From the NCBI GenBank assembly GCA_030614005.1, contig JAUWKS010000061.1:1-18489 (forward strand): 18,489 nt of DNA, in the 5' to 3' direction. Of the stretch, positions 1 to 7,824 are shown in pieces; position 1 is the stretch's first letter; each line of letters begins with the position of its first letter. The translations under genes were made by a program, and so were the position numbers. The stretch comes from Candidatus Heimdallarchaeota archaeon. Lineage in GTDB: Archaea > Asgardarchaeota > Heimdallarchaeia > JABLTI01. The notes under the pieces were generated by a model. That model was not told the origin of the DNA and searched no databases. It was given only the letters and a program-made list of their open reading frames with translations.

Positions 1-107
1 AACCTGTAGAGGAAGTGATTTCTGAGGAACCTGAAGAGGAAGTTATTGCTGAGGAACCTGTAGAGGAAGTGATTACTGAGGAACCTGTAGAGGAAGTTCT
101 TGCTGAA
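1..107 (+). repeat. In-frame 27-bp tandem repeat (about 4 copies visible; 9-aa unit EP[V/E]EEV[I/L]xE)
   Basis: The CCT Pro codon recurs at 3, 30, 57 and 84 (period 27). Consensus gaacctgtagaggaagt(g/t)att(t/g/a)ctgag. Confidence 0.92.
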
Positions 108-182
108 GTCGAAGAATCTCTTGCTGAAGCTGAAGAAATTTCTGTTGAAGAACTAGCAGATGAAGTTCTTGATGAAGAATAA
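1..182 (+). CDS. 3' end of an acidic, low-complexity protein (truncated at window start)
   Basis: Frame from nt 3 reads PVEEVISEEPEEEVIAEEPVEEVITEEPVEEVLAEVEESLAEAEEISVEELADEVLDEE, then TAA at 180-182. A hairpin and T-tract follow. The parent protein cannot be identified from this fragment. Confidence 0.85.
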   Translation, partial: PVEEVISEEPEEEVIAEEPVEEVITEEPVEEVLAEVEESLAEAEEISVEELADEVLDEE

Positions 183-187
183 GTAAA

Positions 188-218
188 GAAAGAAATATCA
201 CAAAAAGATATTTTTTTC
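188..218 (+). terminator. Hairpin plus T-rich tract after the acidic-protein gene
   Basis: gaaagaaatatc (188-199) pairs with gatatttttttc (207-218): 12 bp with one G-U and a 7-nt loop. The downstream sequence is T-rich. Confidence 0.6.
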
Positions 219-245
219 ACCAATTCTCTTTTTCATTAATTAATC

Positions 246-259
246 AAAACGATTATAAG
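246..259 (+). promoter_or_regulatory. Putative BRE/TATA promoter of tRNA-Gln
   Basis: aaaacga-TTATAAG with TATA at 253-259, about 35 nt upstream of the mature tRNA 5' end. Confidence 0.55.
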
Positions 260-293
260 CTGCTGTAAATGACAAACATAATCGTAGAAATGC

Positions 294-371
294 AGCCCGG
301 TAGTGTAGCTAGGCCAAGCATCTAGGACTCTGAATCCTGGGACGGCGGTTCGAATCCGCCTCGGGCTACCA
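294..371 (+). tRNA. tRNA-Gln(CTG), intron-less, CCA encoded
   Basis: Acceptor stem AGCCCGG/TCGGGCT with the A1-U72 pair typical of archaeal tRNA-Gln. Anticodon arm TAGGA-CT[CTG]AA-TCCTG with anticodon at 330-332. T arm GGCGG-TTCGAAT-CCGCC. Discriminator A then CCA at 369-371. Confidence 0.97.
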
Positions 372-503
372 AATCTACCTACCAATTTTGAGTAGCTAGT
401 TAATTTAGCTTTACACAAGATATCCAAAACATTAAATAACTCTACAATTAAATTTTAAGAGCTAATAGAAATTGTAGCGGTTACTCTGAAAGTAAACACA
501 AAC

Positions 504-519
504 AAAGAATATATATAAA
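504..519 (+). promoter_or_regulatory. Putative BRE/TATA promoter of the oxidoreductase operon
   Basis: Purine-rich aaagaa followed by TATATATAAA, about 50 nt upstream of the first ATG (570). RBS AGGTGA at 556-561. Confidence 0.55.
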
Positions 520-569
520 AAATAAAGACAAAAATAGCTAACCGTTGATTAGCATAGGTGACTTGTAAA

Positions 570-1136
570 ATGTTTGAAGAAATCCGTTGGCATGGTAGAG
601 GTGGACAAGGAGCAGTAACTTCAGCGAAGATACTTGCTGATGCCGCACATCGCGAAGGAAAATTTGTCCAAGCTTTTGCCTTTTATGGAGCAGAAAGAAG
701 AGGAGCACCTGTAGAAACTTACACAAGAATTTCTGATTGTCATGTAAAAAGACATTCACAAATATACAATCCTACAGTTGTTGCAGTTCTTGATCCAGCC
801 CTCCCGAAGATCTTGTATCTGAAAGGACTTTCAAAGAACAGCACTTTAATCGTTAATTCTAACAAACAAATGGAATTCTCTTCCGAAATTGATTGTACGA
901 AATTCTGGGTAGACGCAACACAAATCGCTATTGATTTGAAACTACGTGTCTCCGAAAGTTATATCACGAACACAACAATGACCGGTGCAGTAGCAAAAGC
1001 GACAGGACTAGTAAAGTTGGAGTCAGTAATTGAAGCACTTAAGAACCAACTTAACGAGCGAATCTGGGAAAAGAACATAGAAGCTGTAAAACGAGGATAT
1101 AATGAAACACATCCCTATAATAATGGAGGAAAATGA
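570..1136 (+). CDS. porC: 2-oxoacid:ferredoxin oxidoreductase gamma subunit
   Basis: Signatures EIRWHGRGGQGAVT, FYGAERRGAPV and NTTMTGA. Start moved from GTG 558 to ATG 570, 8 nt after AGGTGA. Confidence 0.95.
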   Translation: MFEEIRWHGRGGQGAVTSAKILADAAHREGKFVQAFAFYGAERRGAPVETYTRISDCHVKRHSQIYNPTVVAVLDPALPKILYLKGLSKNSTLIVNSNKQMEFSSEIDCTKFWVDATQIAIDLKLRVSESYITNTTMTGAVAKATGLVKLESVIEALKNQLNERIWEKNIEAVKRGYNETHPYNNGGK

Positions 1137-1138
1137 AA

Positions 1139-1465
1139 ATGCCAGACGCAAAAGATGATTTCAAAGTTGAAACTTGGAATTCCAAACCTGCAAAAGGATC
1201 AGCTGGGAAAACAGGATTGTGGAGAACATTCAGACCTGTTATCAATCATGAAAAATGTACGAGATGCGAAATATGTGTGCTCTTTTGTCCAGAACCTTGC
1301 ATAGAACTGGATCAAGAGGATAAGTCACACAAAAAAGGGAAAATAATTATCGATTATGATTATTGTAAAGGTTGTGGCATATGTGCTAATGAATGCCCAC
1401 AGCATTGTATTGATATGATCAAAGAGACTGAATTTCTCAAGGATGAAGAGAAGGAGGACAAATAA
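1139..1465 (+). CDS. porD: 2-oxoacid:ferredoxin oxidoreductase delta subunit (2x[4Fe-4S])
   Basis: GLWRTFRPVI, CTRCEICVLFCP and DYDYCKGCGICANECP. ATG 1139 fits GGAGG at 1125-1129; ATG 1133 is the alternative start. Confidence 0.95.
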   Translation: MPDAKDDFKVETWNSKPAKGSAGKTGLWRTFRPVINHEKCTRCEICVLFCPEPCIELDQEDKSHKKGKIIIDYDYCKGCGICANECPQHCIDMIKETEFLKDEEKEDK

Positions 1466-2647
1466 ATGACTGTTTCCGATAACCGACCAAAATCACTTGG
1501 ACATGATGAACCCAAAACCTTCATCATCAGTGGTAATCATGCTGCTGCTTATGCTGCTAAAATGGCTCGAGTAGAAGTCGTTGCCGCTTACCCAATTACT
1601 CCTTCTACTGGATGTATTGAGAAAGTATCCGATTTCGTAGATGGAGGGACGATGGGTGCAAATTATATTAAAGTTGAAAGTGAACACAGTGCTGCTGCTG
1701 CCTTAATTGGTGCCTCCGCTACTGGTGCACGAACTTTTTCCTCTACTTCTGCTCATGGTTTGCTTTATATGGCAGAACTCGTTTGGTGGGCAGCTCTTGC
1801 TCGTTTACCAACCGTTATGAGTATAGTCAATCGAGAGTTAGCTCCTGCATGGTCCATTTGGGCTCAAACACAAGATTCAATGGGTCTTCGAGATTCTGGT
1901 TGCCTTCAATATTATTGTAAAAACAATCAAGAAGTCTATGATTCAGTAATTATGGCTTACAAGATAAGTGAACATGAACATGTCTACATGCCCTCATTAG
2001 TCTGTCAGGATGCCTTTATTCTCTCACATACAAATGCTCCCGTAGATATGCCAGCTCAAAAGGACCTTGATGATTTCTTACCTGCTTATGAACCAAAACA
2101 TTTCAAACTCGATCCCAAAGATCCTGTTACACACAGCAGTTTAGCTTATCCAGAACACTATCGCCAGAAACGTATGAACATAATGGAATCCACTCATCGT
2201 GCTAAACAAATCATCAAAGATGTTTGTGCAGATTATAAGAAGCGCTTTGGCAAATTCCATGGCGATCTTTTAGAAACATATGGTATCGACAAGAAAACCA
2301 AACATATTATTATTTCTCATTCTTCTATTGCCGAAGAAATTGAAGTTTCAGTTGATATGTTGAAGAATAAAGGATACGATGTCGGTTTGATTCGTGTACG
2401 AGTTCTTAGGCCATTTCCTGATGAAGAGCTTAGAGAACTTTGTAAGAATATCGAGACAATACACTTTATCGAGAGAGCCCCTTCTTATGGTTTTAAGGGT
2501 ATTATCGCTATCGACACGATGGCTGCTCTTTTTGAAGGTGATGCTCGACCAAAAGCATTCCACCATATCGAAGGACTCAGTGGAATGGATGTCACAGCAG
2601 AATATGCTGCTGACTTGATCGAAAAAGATCTTGAAACTCTAAAATGA
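1466..2647 (+). CDS. porA: 2-oxoacid:ferredoxin oxidoreductase alpha subunit (resembles Thermococcales VorA)
   Basis: GNHAAA, AYPITP, VESEHSA, NRELAPAWSIW, NNQEVYD, AFILSHT and RPFP. RBS GGAGG at 1453-1457. Confidence 0.95.
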   Translation: MTVSDNRPKSLGHDEPKTFIISGNHAAAYAAKMARVEVVAAYPITPSTGCIEKVSDFVDGGTMGANYIKVESEHSAAAALIGASATGARTFSSTSAHGLLYMAELVWWAALARLPTVMSIVNRELAPAWSIWAQTQDSMGLRDSGCLQYYCKNNQEVYDSVIMAYKISEHEHVYMPSLVCQDAFILSHTNAPVDMPAQKDLDDFLPAYEPKHFKLDPKDPVTHSSLAYPEHYRQKRMNIMESTHRAKQIIKDVCADYKKRFGKFHGDLLETYGIDKKTKHIIISHSSIAEEIEVSVDMLKNKGYDVGLIRVRVLRPFPDEELRELCKNIETIHFIERAPSYGFKGIIAIDTMAALFEGDARPKAFHHIEGLSGMDVTAEYAADLIEKDLETLK

Positions 2648-2660
2648 GGTGAAAGAAAAA

Positions 2661-3563
2661 ATGGTTACTACTAAAGAGATTTTAAGACTCCCAGAACCCA
2701 TTCTAGCAGGTCACGCAGCTTGTGCAGGTTGTTCATCTTCTCTTGGATTGCGCTATGCATTAAAAGCCCTTGGTGAAGATGTTATAATGTCTGTTCCAGC
2801 TTGCTGTACTTCCGTTTGGCAGGGACCTTATCCAAAATCATCTATTTCTGTTCCAGTACTAAATATTGCCTTTGCTGCTGCCGCTTCAGCTGCTTCTGGC
2901 ATTTCAGGTGCATTACAAGCCAAAGGAAACAAAGATACAACCGTCCTTGCTTGGGCAGGAGACGGCGGAAGTGTTGACATTGGTTTGGCAGCTATCTCAG
3001 GTGCTGCGGAAAGAAATGATAACATGATTTACGTCTGTTATTCAAATGAAAGCTATAGTAATACTGGTGTTCAAAAATCTGGTGCAACACCACCTGGTGC
3101 CCGAACAACAACAACACCTCTTGGACGTGTTGGTTCTCCAAAAGATATCTCCTTAATTATGTGGACTCATAATTTACCCTATGTTGCAACAGCTTGTACG
3201 TCTTATCCACGCGATTTTATAACAAAACTCCAGAAAGCCCAGACAATGGATGGATTCAAATTCATTTACCTTCTCGCACCTTGTTGTGTTGGCTGGAAAT
3301 TCCCTGCAGAGAAAACAATTGAAATTGGTAAACTCGCAGTAGAATCTGGTGCCCATATTTTATGGGAAGCAGTAAATGGTGACATTAAACTCTCCAATTT
3401 AAGCAAGAAGTATGAGGATCCTGCAAAACGAAAACCATTAGCTGAATATCTGAAAGATCAAGGTCGGTACAAAGGTATCGGTGAAGATATGATTAAGGCA
3501 TACCAAACCTACATTGATCATCAGTGGTCAATTATTACTTCTCTTGCGAAGATTAGTCAATAA
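2661..3563 (+). CDS. porB: 2-oxoacid:ferredoxin oxidoreductase beta subunit (TPP-binding; resembles Thermococcales VorB)
   Basis: GHAACAGC, SLGLRY, PACC, WAGDGG, NTGVQKSGATP and APC. Start moved from GTG 2649 to ATG 2661, 8 nt after GAGGTGA (2646-2652). Confidence 0.95.
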   Translation: MVTTKEILRLPEPILAGHAACAGCSSSLGLRYALKALGEDVIMSVPACCTSVWQGPYPKSSISVPVLNIAFAAAASAASGISGALQAKGNKDTTVLAWAGDGGSVDIGLAAISGAAERNDNMIYVCYSNESYSNTGVQKSGATPPGARTTTTPLGRVGSPKDISLIMWTHNLPYVATACTSYPRDFITKLQKAQTMDGFKFIYLLAPCCVGWKFPAEKTIEIGKLAVESGAHILWEAVNGDIKLSNLSKKYEDPAKRKPLAEYLKDQGRYKGIGEDMIKAYQTYIDHQWSIITSLAKISQ

Positions 3564-3567
3564 TAAT

Positions 3568-3613
3568 AAAAAAATTGAAGCATATTAACATGCTTCTCAT
3601 TTTCTTTCTTTTA
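3568..3613. terminator. Bidirectional hairpin terminator between convergent porB and the MBL hydrolase
   Basis: gaagcat (3577-3583) / atgcttc (3590-3596) perfect 7-bp stem, with an A-run on the left and T-rich sequence on the right. Confidence 0.65.
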
Positions 3614-3626
3614 TTTTTAGAATCTA

Positions 3627-4292
3627 CTACCACTCAAGCATCCTTTTTGCTGCTAGAAGATTTTCTTTAACATTCGTGTGTAAATCAGGGCCGTGTCCGC
3701 TATACAAATGCTCTAACTCCAATTCTGCTAGTTTACTTAAGGATGTAATTAAAGTAGTTCTATTACCAGTCGGGAGATCAACTCGACCACAACCGGCACC
3801 TGCAAATACTACATCCCCTGCAAAGAGCGACTTGCTCTTTTTGTCGTAAATAACTGCACAACCATCTGTATGTCCCGGTGAATGAATTACTTCTAAATCA
3901 GCACCTTCAAAAGAGATTTTCTCAGTATCGTTGTAGATTTTTTCAATTGAATAATTAATTTCTCCACTACCATACATTGAAAGTAATGTTACTGCGTCCT
4001 TTTCATTGATATGCTTCGCTGTTTGTGGACTTGCACTATATTGGACATTTGCATATCCAGCTAAATTATCGCTTCCAAGGATATGATCAATGTGACAATG
4101 TGTTAAGAAAACCTCTATTTGAAAATTATTCATTTTCTTAGTTATTTTTTCCAGAGCCTTCTTTAAAGCAAAATTAGTATGAAGGCCATCAAGACCAAGA
4201 TCTATCACCAGAATTTTCTCTTCATCATCGCTCTTCAAAATGAAGATATTTGAATTTAATCCTTCTCCTCTAATAATTTCTACTTGCAACAT
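3627..4292 (-). CDS. MBL-fold metallo-hydrolase, glyoxalase II-like
   Basis: THCHIDH, HSPGHT, FAGDVVF, GRVDLPTG and SGHG metal-binding motifs. ATG at 4292 overlaps the GNAT stop (TAATG), so it is preferred over TTG 4307. Confidence 0.92.
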   Translation of the reverse strand: MLQVEIIRGEGLNSNIFILKSDDEEKILVIDLGLDGLHTNFALKKALEKITKKMNNFQIEVFLTHCHIDHILGSDNLAGYANVQYSASPQTAKHINEKDAVTLLSMYGSGEINYSIEKIYNDTEKISFEGADLEVIHSPGHTDGCAVIYDKKSKSLFAGDVVFAGAGCGRVDLPTGNRTTLITSLSKLAELELEHLYSGHGPDLHTNVKENLLAAKRMLEW

Positions 4293-4804
4293 TAGTCTTC
4301 CCGCCAAAGTTTTTTCTGCATCAAATAGACGATATTTCCTTTTCTCATTCGCTCTCCAATTATCTTATATCCTCTATGTTTGTAGAAGTCAACTAACTTC
4401 TGATGATCTCCATATGTTTCTACTAGTGCAACTCTTTCTTCTCTTATTCTAAGTATCTGTTCTGTAGAGTCCATTACAAAAGAACCAAACCCTTTGTTTT
4501 GCATATCATCTCTAATTGCTACTTTCTGAATTTCCATTAGGTTGTGACTCTCCTTCAATTTAATAGTAAAGGTACCAATAATTTCCCCTTTATAGAGAAC
4601 AGAATAGACTGTTTTGTTTTCAATTCTTTCGAGAATCTTTTCTTTGGTTTCTAACAGTCCTCTGGGTTTTCTACCTAAAATGGCTTCAATAGGTGAATAC
4701 GCCGTTAAAATGATATCTAGTAGTATAGGAACTTCTTCTGAGATGGATAATCGTATTTCTGTTTCTTTCATCCAATCATCTTTCAAAAAGTCTGGTAAAT
4801 GCAA
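4292..4804 (-). CDS. GNAT family N-acetyltransferase
   Basis: Acetyl-CoA motif A VAIRDDMQNKGFGS and C-terminal LVDFYKHRGY. TTG start 6 nt after AGGAGA (complement of 4811-4816). Confidence 0.88.
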   Translation of the reverse strand: MHLPDFLKDDWMKETEIRLSISEEVPILLDIILTAYSPIEAILGRKPRGLLETKEKILERIENKTVYSVLYKGEIIGTFTIKLKESHNLMEIQKVAIRDDMQNKGFGSFVMDSTEQILRIREERVALVETYGDHQKLVDFYKHRGYKIIGERMRKGNIVYLMQKKLWRED

Positions 4805-4999
4805 ATAAAATCTCCTGCAATATAGTGCTTATCTAACCAACCAATCATTGATGATTGCGTTATTTGAATTTTCCTAATTAATTTAACATTCAAAGTAAGA
4901 AATTAAACTGAAAAAATGATTTTTATACTACTGAATGATACTACATTTAATTTGAAAAATAATTAGTTTGAATAATTCTCTCTAAACGTTGGTGCAAAC

Positions 5000-6145
5000 A
5001 TGCGAGCAATCACTCAAGAAAAAATTGATCACTTAACAGAATTCATGGAACAAGACAGTATTGATGTTATATTAATCGCTGACTGGGAAAATGCCAGAGA
5101 TGTTAATATGCGGTTTTTATCAGGTCATCCGATGGATGCAACGATGGTTTTAACTGCAGGCGGGGAAGTCTGTTTAATTCCTTGGGATAAACAATTGGCA
5201 GAAGATCATGCACAAGTGGATGTAACTCTTGACTTTACACAATATAGTAATAGACAGTCAGGAGGAGCAATTGAATATATCAAAGATGCTACCAAAAAAG
5301 ACAACCCAGTTATTGGTGTAAATAACAATATTCCCTATCGTTTTATTTTGTATATTCAAGAAACCATGCCAAATGCTACAATTTTTTCTGAGCCCAAAAA
5401 AATTACTGATAAATTTTCAGCATTAAGAGCAACAAAAAGTTCACAAGAACTGGACAGATTACTTGAAGCAGCAAAAATCGGCAACAAAACTATTGCTGAT
5501 ATTAGGAAATTTGCAGAAGAAAAACAAGGCACTGAAAATGATTTATCATTTATTGTTATGAAGAAAATAAGAGAATATGGAGCAGAAGATAACGCTTTTC
5601 CATCTTTAATAGCAAATACTGCTCGTTCACATATGATTCATTGTCATCCTTCAGCAGGAAACAATCACTTTGCAGAACAAGGTTTGGCTTTAATTGATTT
5701 CGGAGCATTATATGAAGGTTATTGCAGTGATATTACCGTCCCAATAACATTTGGTAAGCTTTCAGCTGAACAAGAAAAAATACGTGATACAACTCTTAAA
5801 GCATACAAAGCAGCAATTGAATCCATTGATTTGGGCGTTCCTCTCTGGAAGATATCCAAAGCAGCAAATGATGTTATTGAGAATGCCGGTTATGTTATGC
5901 CTCATGGTTTAGGTCATGGATTAGGTCTAGCCGTTCATGATTCTCCCGGCGTTAGACAAAAACCAACTGACCCAATTGAACTCAAAGGTTGGACTGAAAG
6001 TGTTGTTGAGGAAGGTATGGTGTTTACCATTGAACCTGGTGTATATGTCAAGGGACTTGGTGGACAAAGACTGGAAAATGATGTTATGATTCGTAATGGA
6101 AAAGTTGTTGTTTACACAAAATCAGAGTTAGTTGAAGTCGAATAA
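5000..6145 (+). CDS. M24 family Xaa-Pro aminopeptidase/dipeptidase
   Basis: Creatinase-like N-terminal domain. All five metal ligands are present: IDFG, YCSD, HGLGHGLG, TIEPG and RLEND. Confidence 0.94.
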   Translation: MRAITQEKIDHLTEFMEQDSIDVILIADWENARDVNMRFLSGHPMDATMVLTAGGEVCLIPWDKQLAEDHAQVDVTLDFTQYSNRQSGGAIEYIKDATKKDNPVIGVNNNIPYRFILYIQETMPNATIFSEPKKITDKFSALRATKSSQELDRLLEAAKIGNKTIADIRKFAEEKQGTENDLSFIVMKKIREYGAEDNAFPSLIANTARSHMIHCHPSAGNNHFAEQGLALIDFGALYEGYCSDITVPITFGKLSAEQEKIRDTTLKAYKAAIESIDLGVPLWKISKAANDVIENAGYVMPHGLGHGLGLAVHDSPGVRQKPTDPIELKGWTESVVEEGMVFTIEPGVYVKGLGGQRLENDVMIRNGKVVVYTKSELVEVE

Positions 6146-6182
6146 GATAGAATGGTTCTTCCATTTCTATCTGATTTTTCTC
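6145..6182. terminator. Hairpin terminator between convergent M24 peptidase and PadR genes
   Basis: agatagaatgg (6145-6155) / ccatttctatct (6161-6172): 11 bp with one bulge, followed by gatttttctc. Confidence 0.55.
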
Positions 6183-6199
6183 ATAAATTTAATTATTGT

Positions 6200-6571
6200 T
6201 TATGTTTTATCAAATACTTTGTCAAATATTTTCTCAAAAAGTTCTTTGGCTTTTATCATTGCATTCTGCCCCTCTTGAGTTATTGAGTAATATTTCCGAT
6301 CTGGTCTCCCTTCAGGGTGATCTTTTATATGTGAAACAACGAGATTGTCTTTTTCTAGTTTATATAGAATGGTATATGATGTCACAGTGGCTGGTTCGAA
6401 CCCGAATCGATTCTTTATTGATTCTTTGAGCTCATAACCATACATCTCTTTTTCCTGCAAGAGTCTTAGAATATAAATCCACAAATTATCAATAGAAATT
6501 TTTTTCGTTAAGCGTTTAAAGGCTTTTGAGCTTTCTGTAGATTCCTCCCCTGTTGGATACTCGTAATTCAC
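6200..6571 (-). CDS. PadR family winged-helix transcriptional regulator
   Basis: LWIYILRLLQEKEMYGYEL, YTILYKLEKDNLV and GRPDRKYYSITQEG. The start is uncertain (GTG 6571 or TTG 6580). Confidence 0.93.
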   Translation of the reverse strand: MNYEYPTGEESTESSKAFKRLTKKISIDNLWIYILRLLQEKEMYGYELKESIKNRFGFEPATVTSYTILYKLEKDNLVVSHIKDHPEGRPDRKYYSITQEGQNAMIKAKELFEKIFDKVFDKT

Positions 6572-6784
6572 ATTAATCAAATCCTGTAAGATAAACTTTG
6601 AAATCGGACTAAATCTTTAATCACTTTGTAGTTGAAAAAAGTTTTCCTCTAACACATTAATCTCAATATTTCATTGTGGAAGAATATTTTTTTGTCATTA
6701 AACCAATTAAAAAGAGCCAATTCTGATTTCAACTTGAAAGCAAATCTTTTTAAAATAGAGATGCACGTTCAACATAGAAACTGA

Positions 6785-6806
6785 CAATAATTTGACAAAA
6801 TTATTG
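6785..6806. promoter_or_regulatory. Perfect 9-4-9 palindrome upstream of rps26e (operator or 5'-UTR hairpin)
   Basis: caataattt-gaca-aaattattg ends 16 nt before the ATG at 6823. A candidate TATA TTTTTAAA lies at 6747-6754. Confidence 0.45.
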
Positions 6807-6822
6807 CATCGGTCGTGAATAA

Positions 6823-7095
6823 ATGACTAAAAAAAGAAAATCTGGTGGCAGATCCAAAGGAAGCAAAGGCAAAGGTGGATCGGTCCAATGCTCCTCTTGT
6901 GGTAGGCAAGTACCAGTTGATAAAGTCAAAAAAGTAACGAAATATGTTACTCTTATTGACCCTATGCTTGCTAGAGAATTAAGAAGAGAAGGTACTTTCA
7001 TACCTAGAGAACGTGTAACTAAGAACTATTGTATATCTTGTGCTGTTCATCGTGGTCAAGTAAAGATTAGATCTAAAAAAGATCGTAAAACCTAA
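6823..7095 (+). CDS. rps26e: 30S ribosomal protein eS26 (S26e)
   Basis: MTKKRKSGGRSKG N-terminus, zinc ligands C23/C26 (CSSCGR) and C70/C73 (YCISCAVH), PVDK and KIRS. Confidence 0.97.
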   Translation: MTKKRKSGGRSKGSKGKGGSVQCSSCGRQVPVDKVKKVTKYVTLIDPMLARELRREGTFIPRERVTKNYCISCAVHRGQVKIRSKKDRKT

Positions 7096-7112
7096 GAATA
7101 TTAGATAGATGA

Positions 7113-7140
7113 TTTTTTTCGAGAGGAAGTTTATCCTCTC
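7113..7140 (+). terminator. T7 tract plus perfect 7-bp hairpin after rps26e
   Basis: T-run at 7113-7119, then gagagga-agttta-tcctctc (7121-7140). Confidence 0.55.
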
Positions 7141-7206
7141 TGTTATTATCTAATATTGATTTTATTTCAAATCAGTTTTAAACTAGAGCAGGAGGATTTG
7201 TTACTA

Positions 7207-7824
7207 ATGCAGAAAATTCTATTTGCTGTTATTTTAGAAGAAGAGCCACCTAAAATTAATTTTTCCTTAAAAAATCTACCTGGTGAATCAAAAATAGATG
7301 TTATTTCCCGAAATGTCCTGACTTTGTTTCCAAGATCTGATTTAAAATCAAGTGTTACATATTATGCAATATTTGCTAAAAACTCTCCAATGGTCTTACA
7401 AGTAAACGGATTAACTGTAAGAGAAGAGTGGTATGATGAAATTGAAATAGCCTCATTTATTCGAGAGGCACTCGAGAGACCTGTAGAAACATTCGATGTA
7501 GATTCAATAAATACCAAAAACGAGTTACAGTGGTATAGCTTGAATAATTTTCAACATTTCTTCGAAGTTATTACTGAATTGCAATATAATCACATTTATC
7601 TTCATGAACTTGGAGAACCACTTGAAACTTCTTTAAAACTTAAGGGGACAAAGGAAAACTTGGCTTTTATTCTAGGCGGCAGACAAGACATTTCTACAGA
7701 ACATGAACAATATCTTGAAATGATTCAAGTCAAAAAAATAAACCTCGGTGAAAAATCTTATCTAGCATCAACTTGTATTTTGAAAATTCTCTATGAAATC
7801 GATAAGGTTGATGAAGAGCTTTGA
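7207..7824 (+). CDS. trmY: TrmY-like SPOUT methyltransferase (tRNA pseudouridine-54 N1-methyltransferase homolog), divergent
   Basis: FSLKNLPG..KIDVISRNV, DEIEIASFIREAL, YLHELGE, FILGG and LGEKSYLASTCI follow the TrmY motif order. ATG 7207 sits 10 nt after GGAGGA (the ORF track starts at 7156). Confidence 0.75.
   Translation: MQKILFAVILEEEPPKINFSLKNLPGESKIDVISRNVLTLFPRSDLKSSVTYYAIFAKNSPMVLQVNGLTVREEWYDEIEIASFIREALERPVETFDVDSINTKNELQWYSLNNFQHFFEVITELQYNHIYLHELGEPLETSLKLKGTKENLAFILGGRQDISTEHEQYLEMIQVKKINLGEKSYLASTCILKILYEIDKVDEEL

Noticed and set aside
1-107. 27-bp repeats as a CRISPR array
   Set aside because: The units are contiguous with no spacers, in-frame and coding.
294-560. tRNA-Gln as an integration site for a mobile element
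   Set aside because: No integrase and no duplicated tRNA 3' end anywhere in the window; downstream genes are core metabolism.
1133-2647. porD and porA are in frame, separated only by TAA (possible read-through fusion)
   Set aside because: porA has its own well-spaced GGAGG site (1453-1457), TAA is a strong stop, and separate subunits are the norm.
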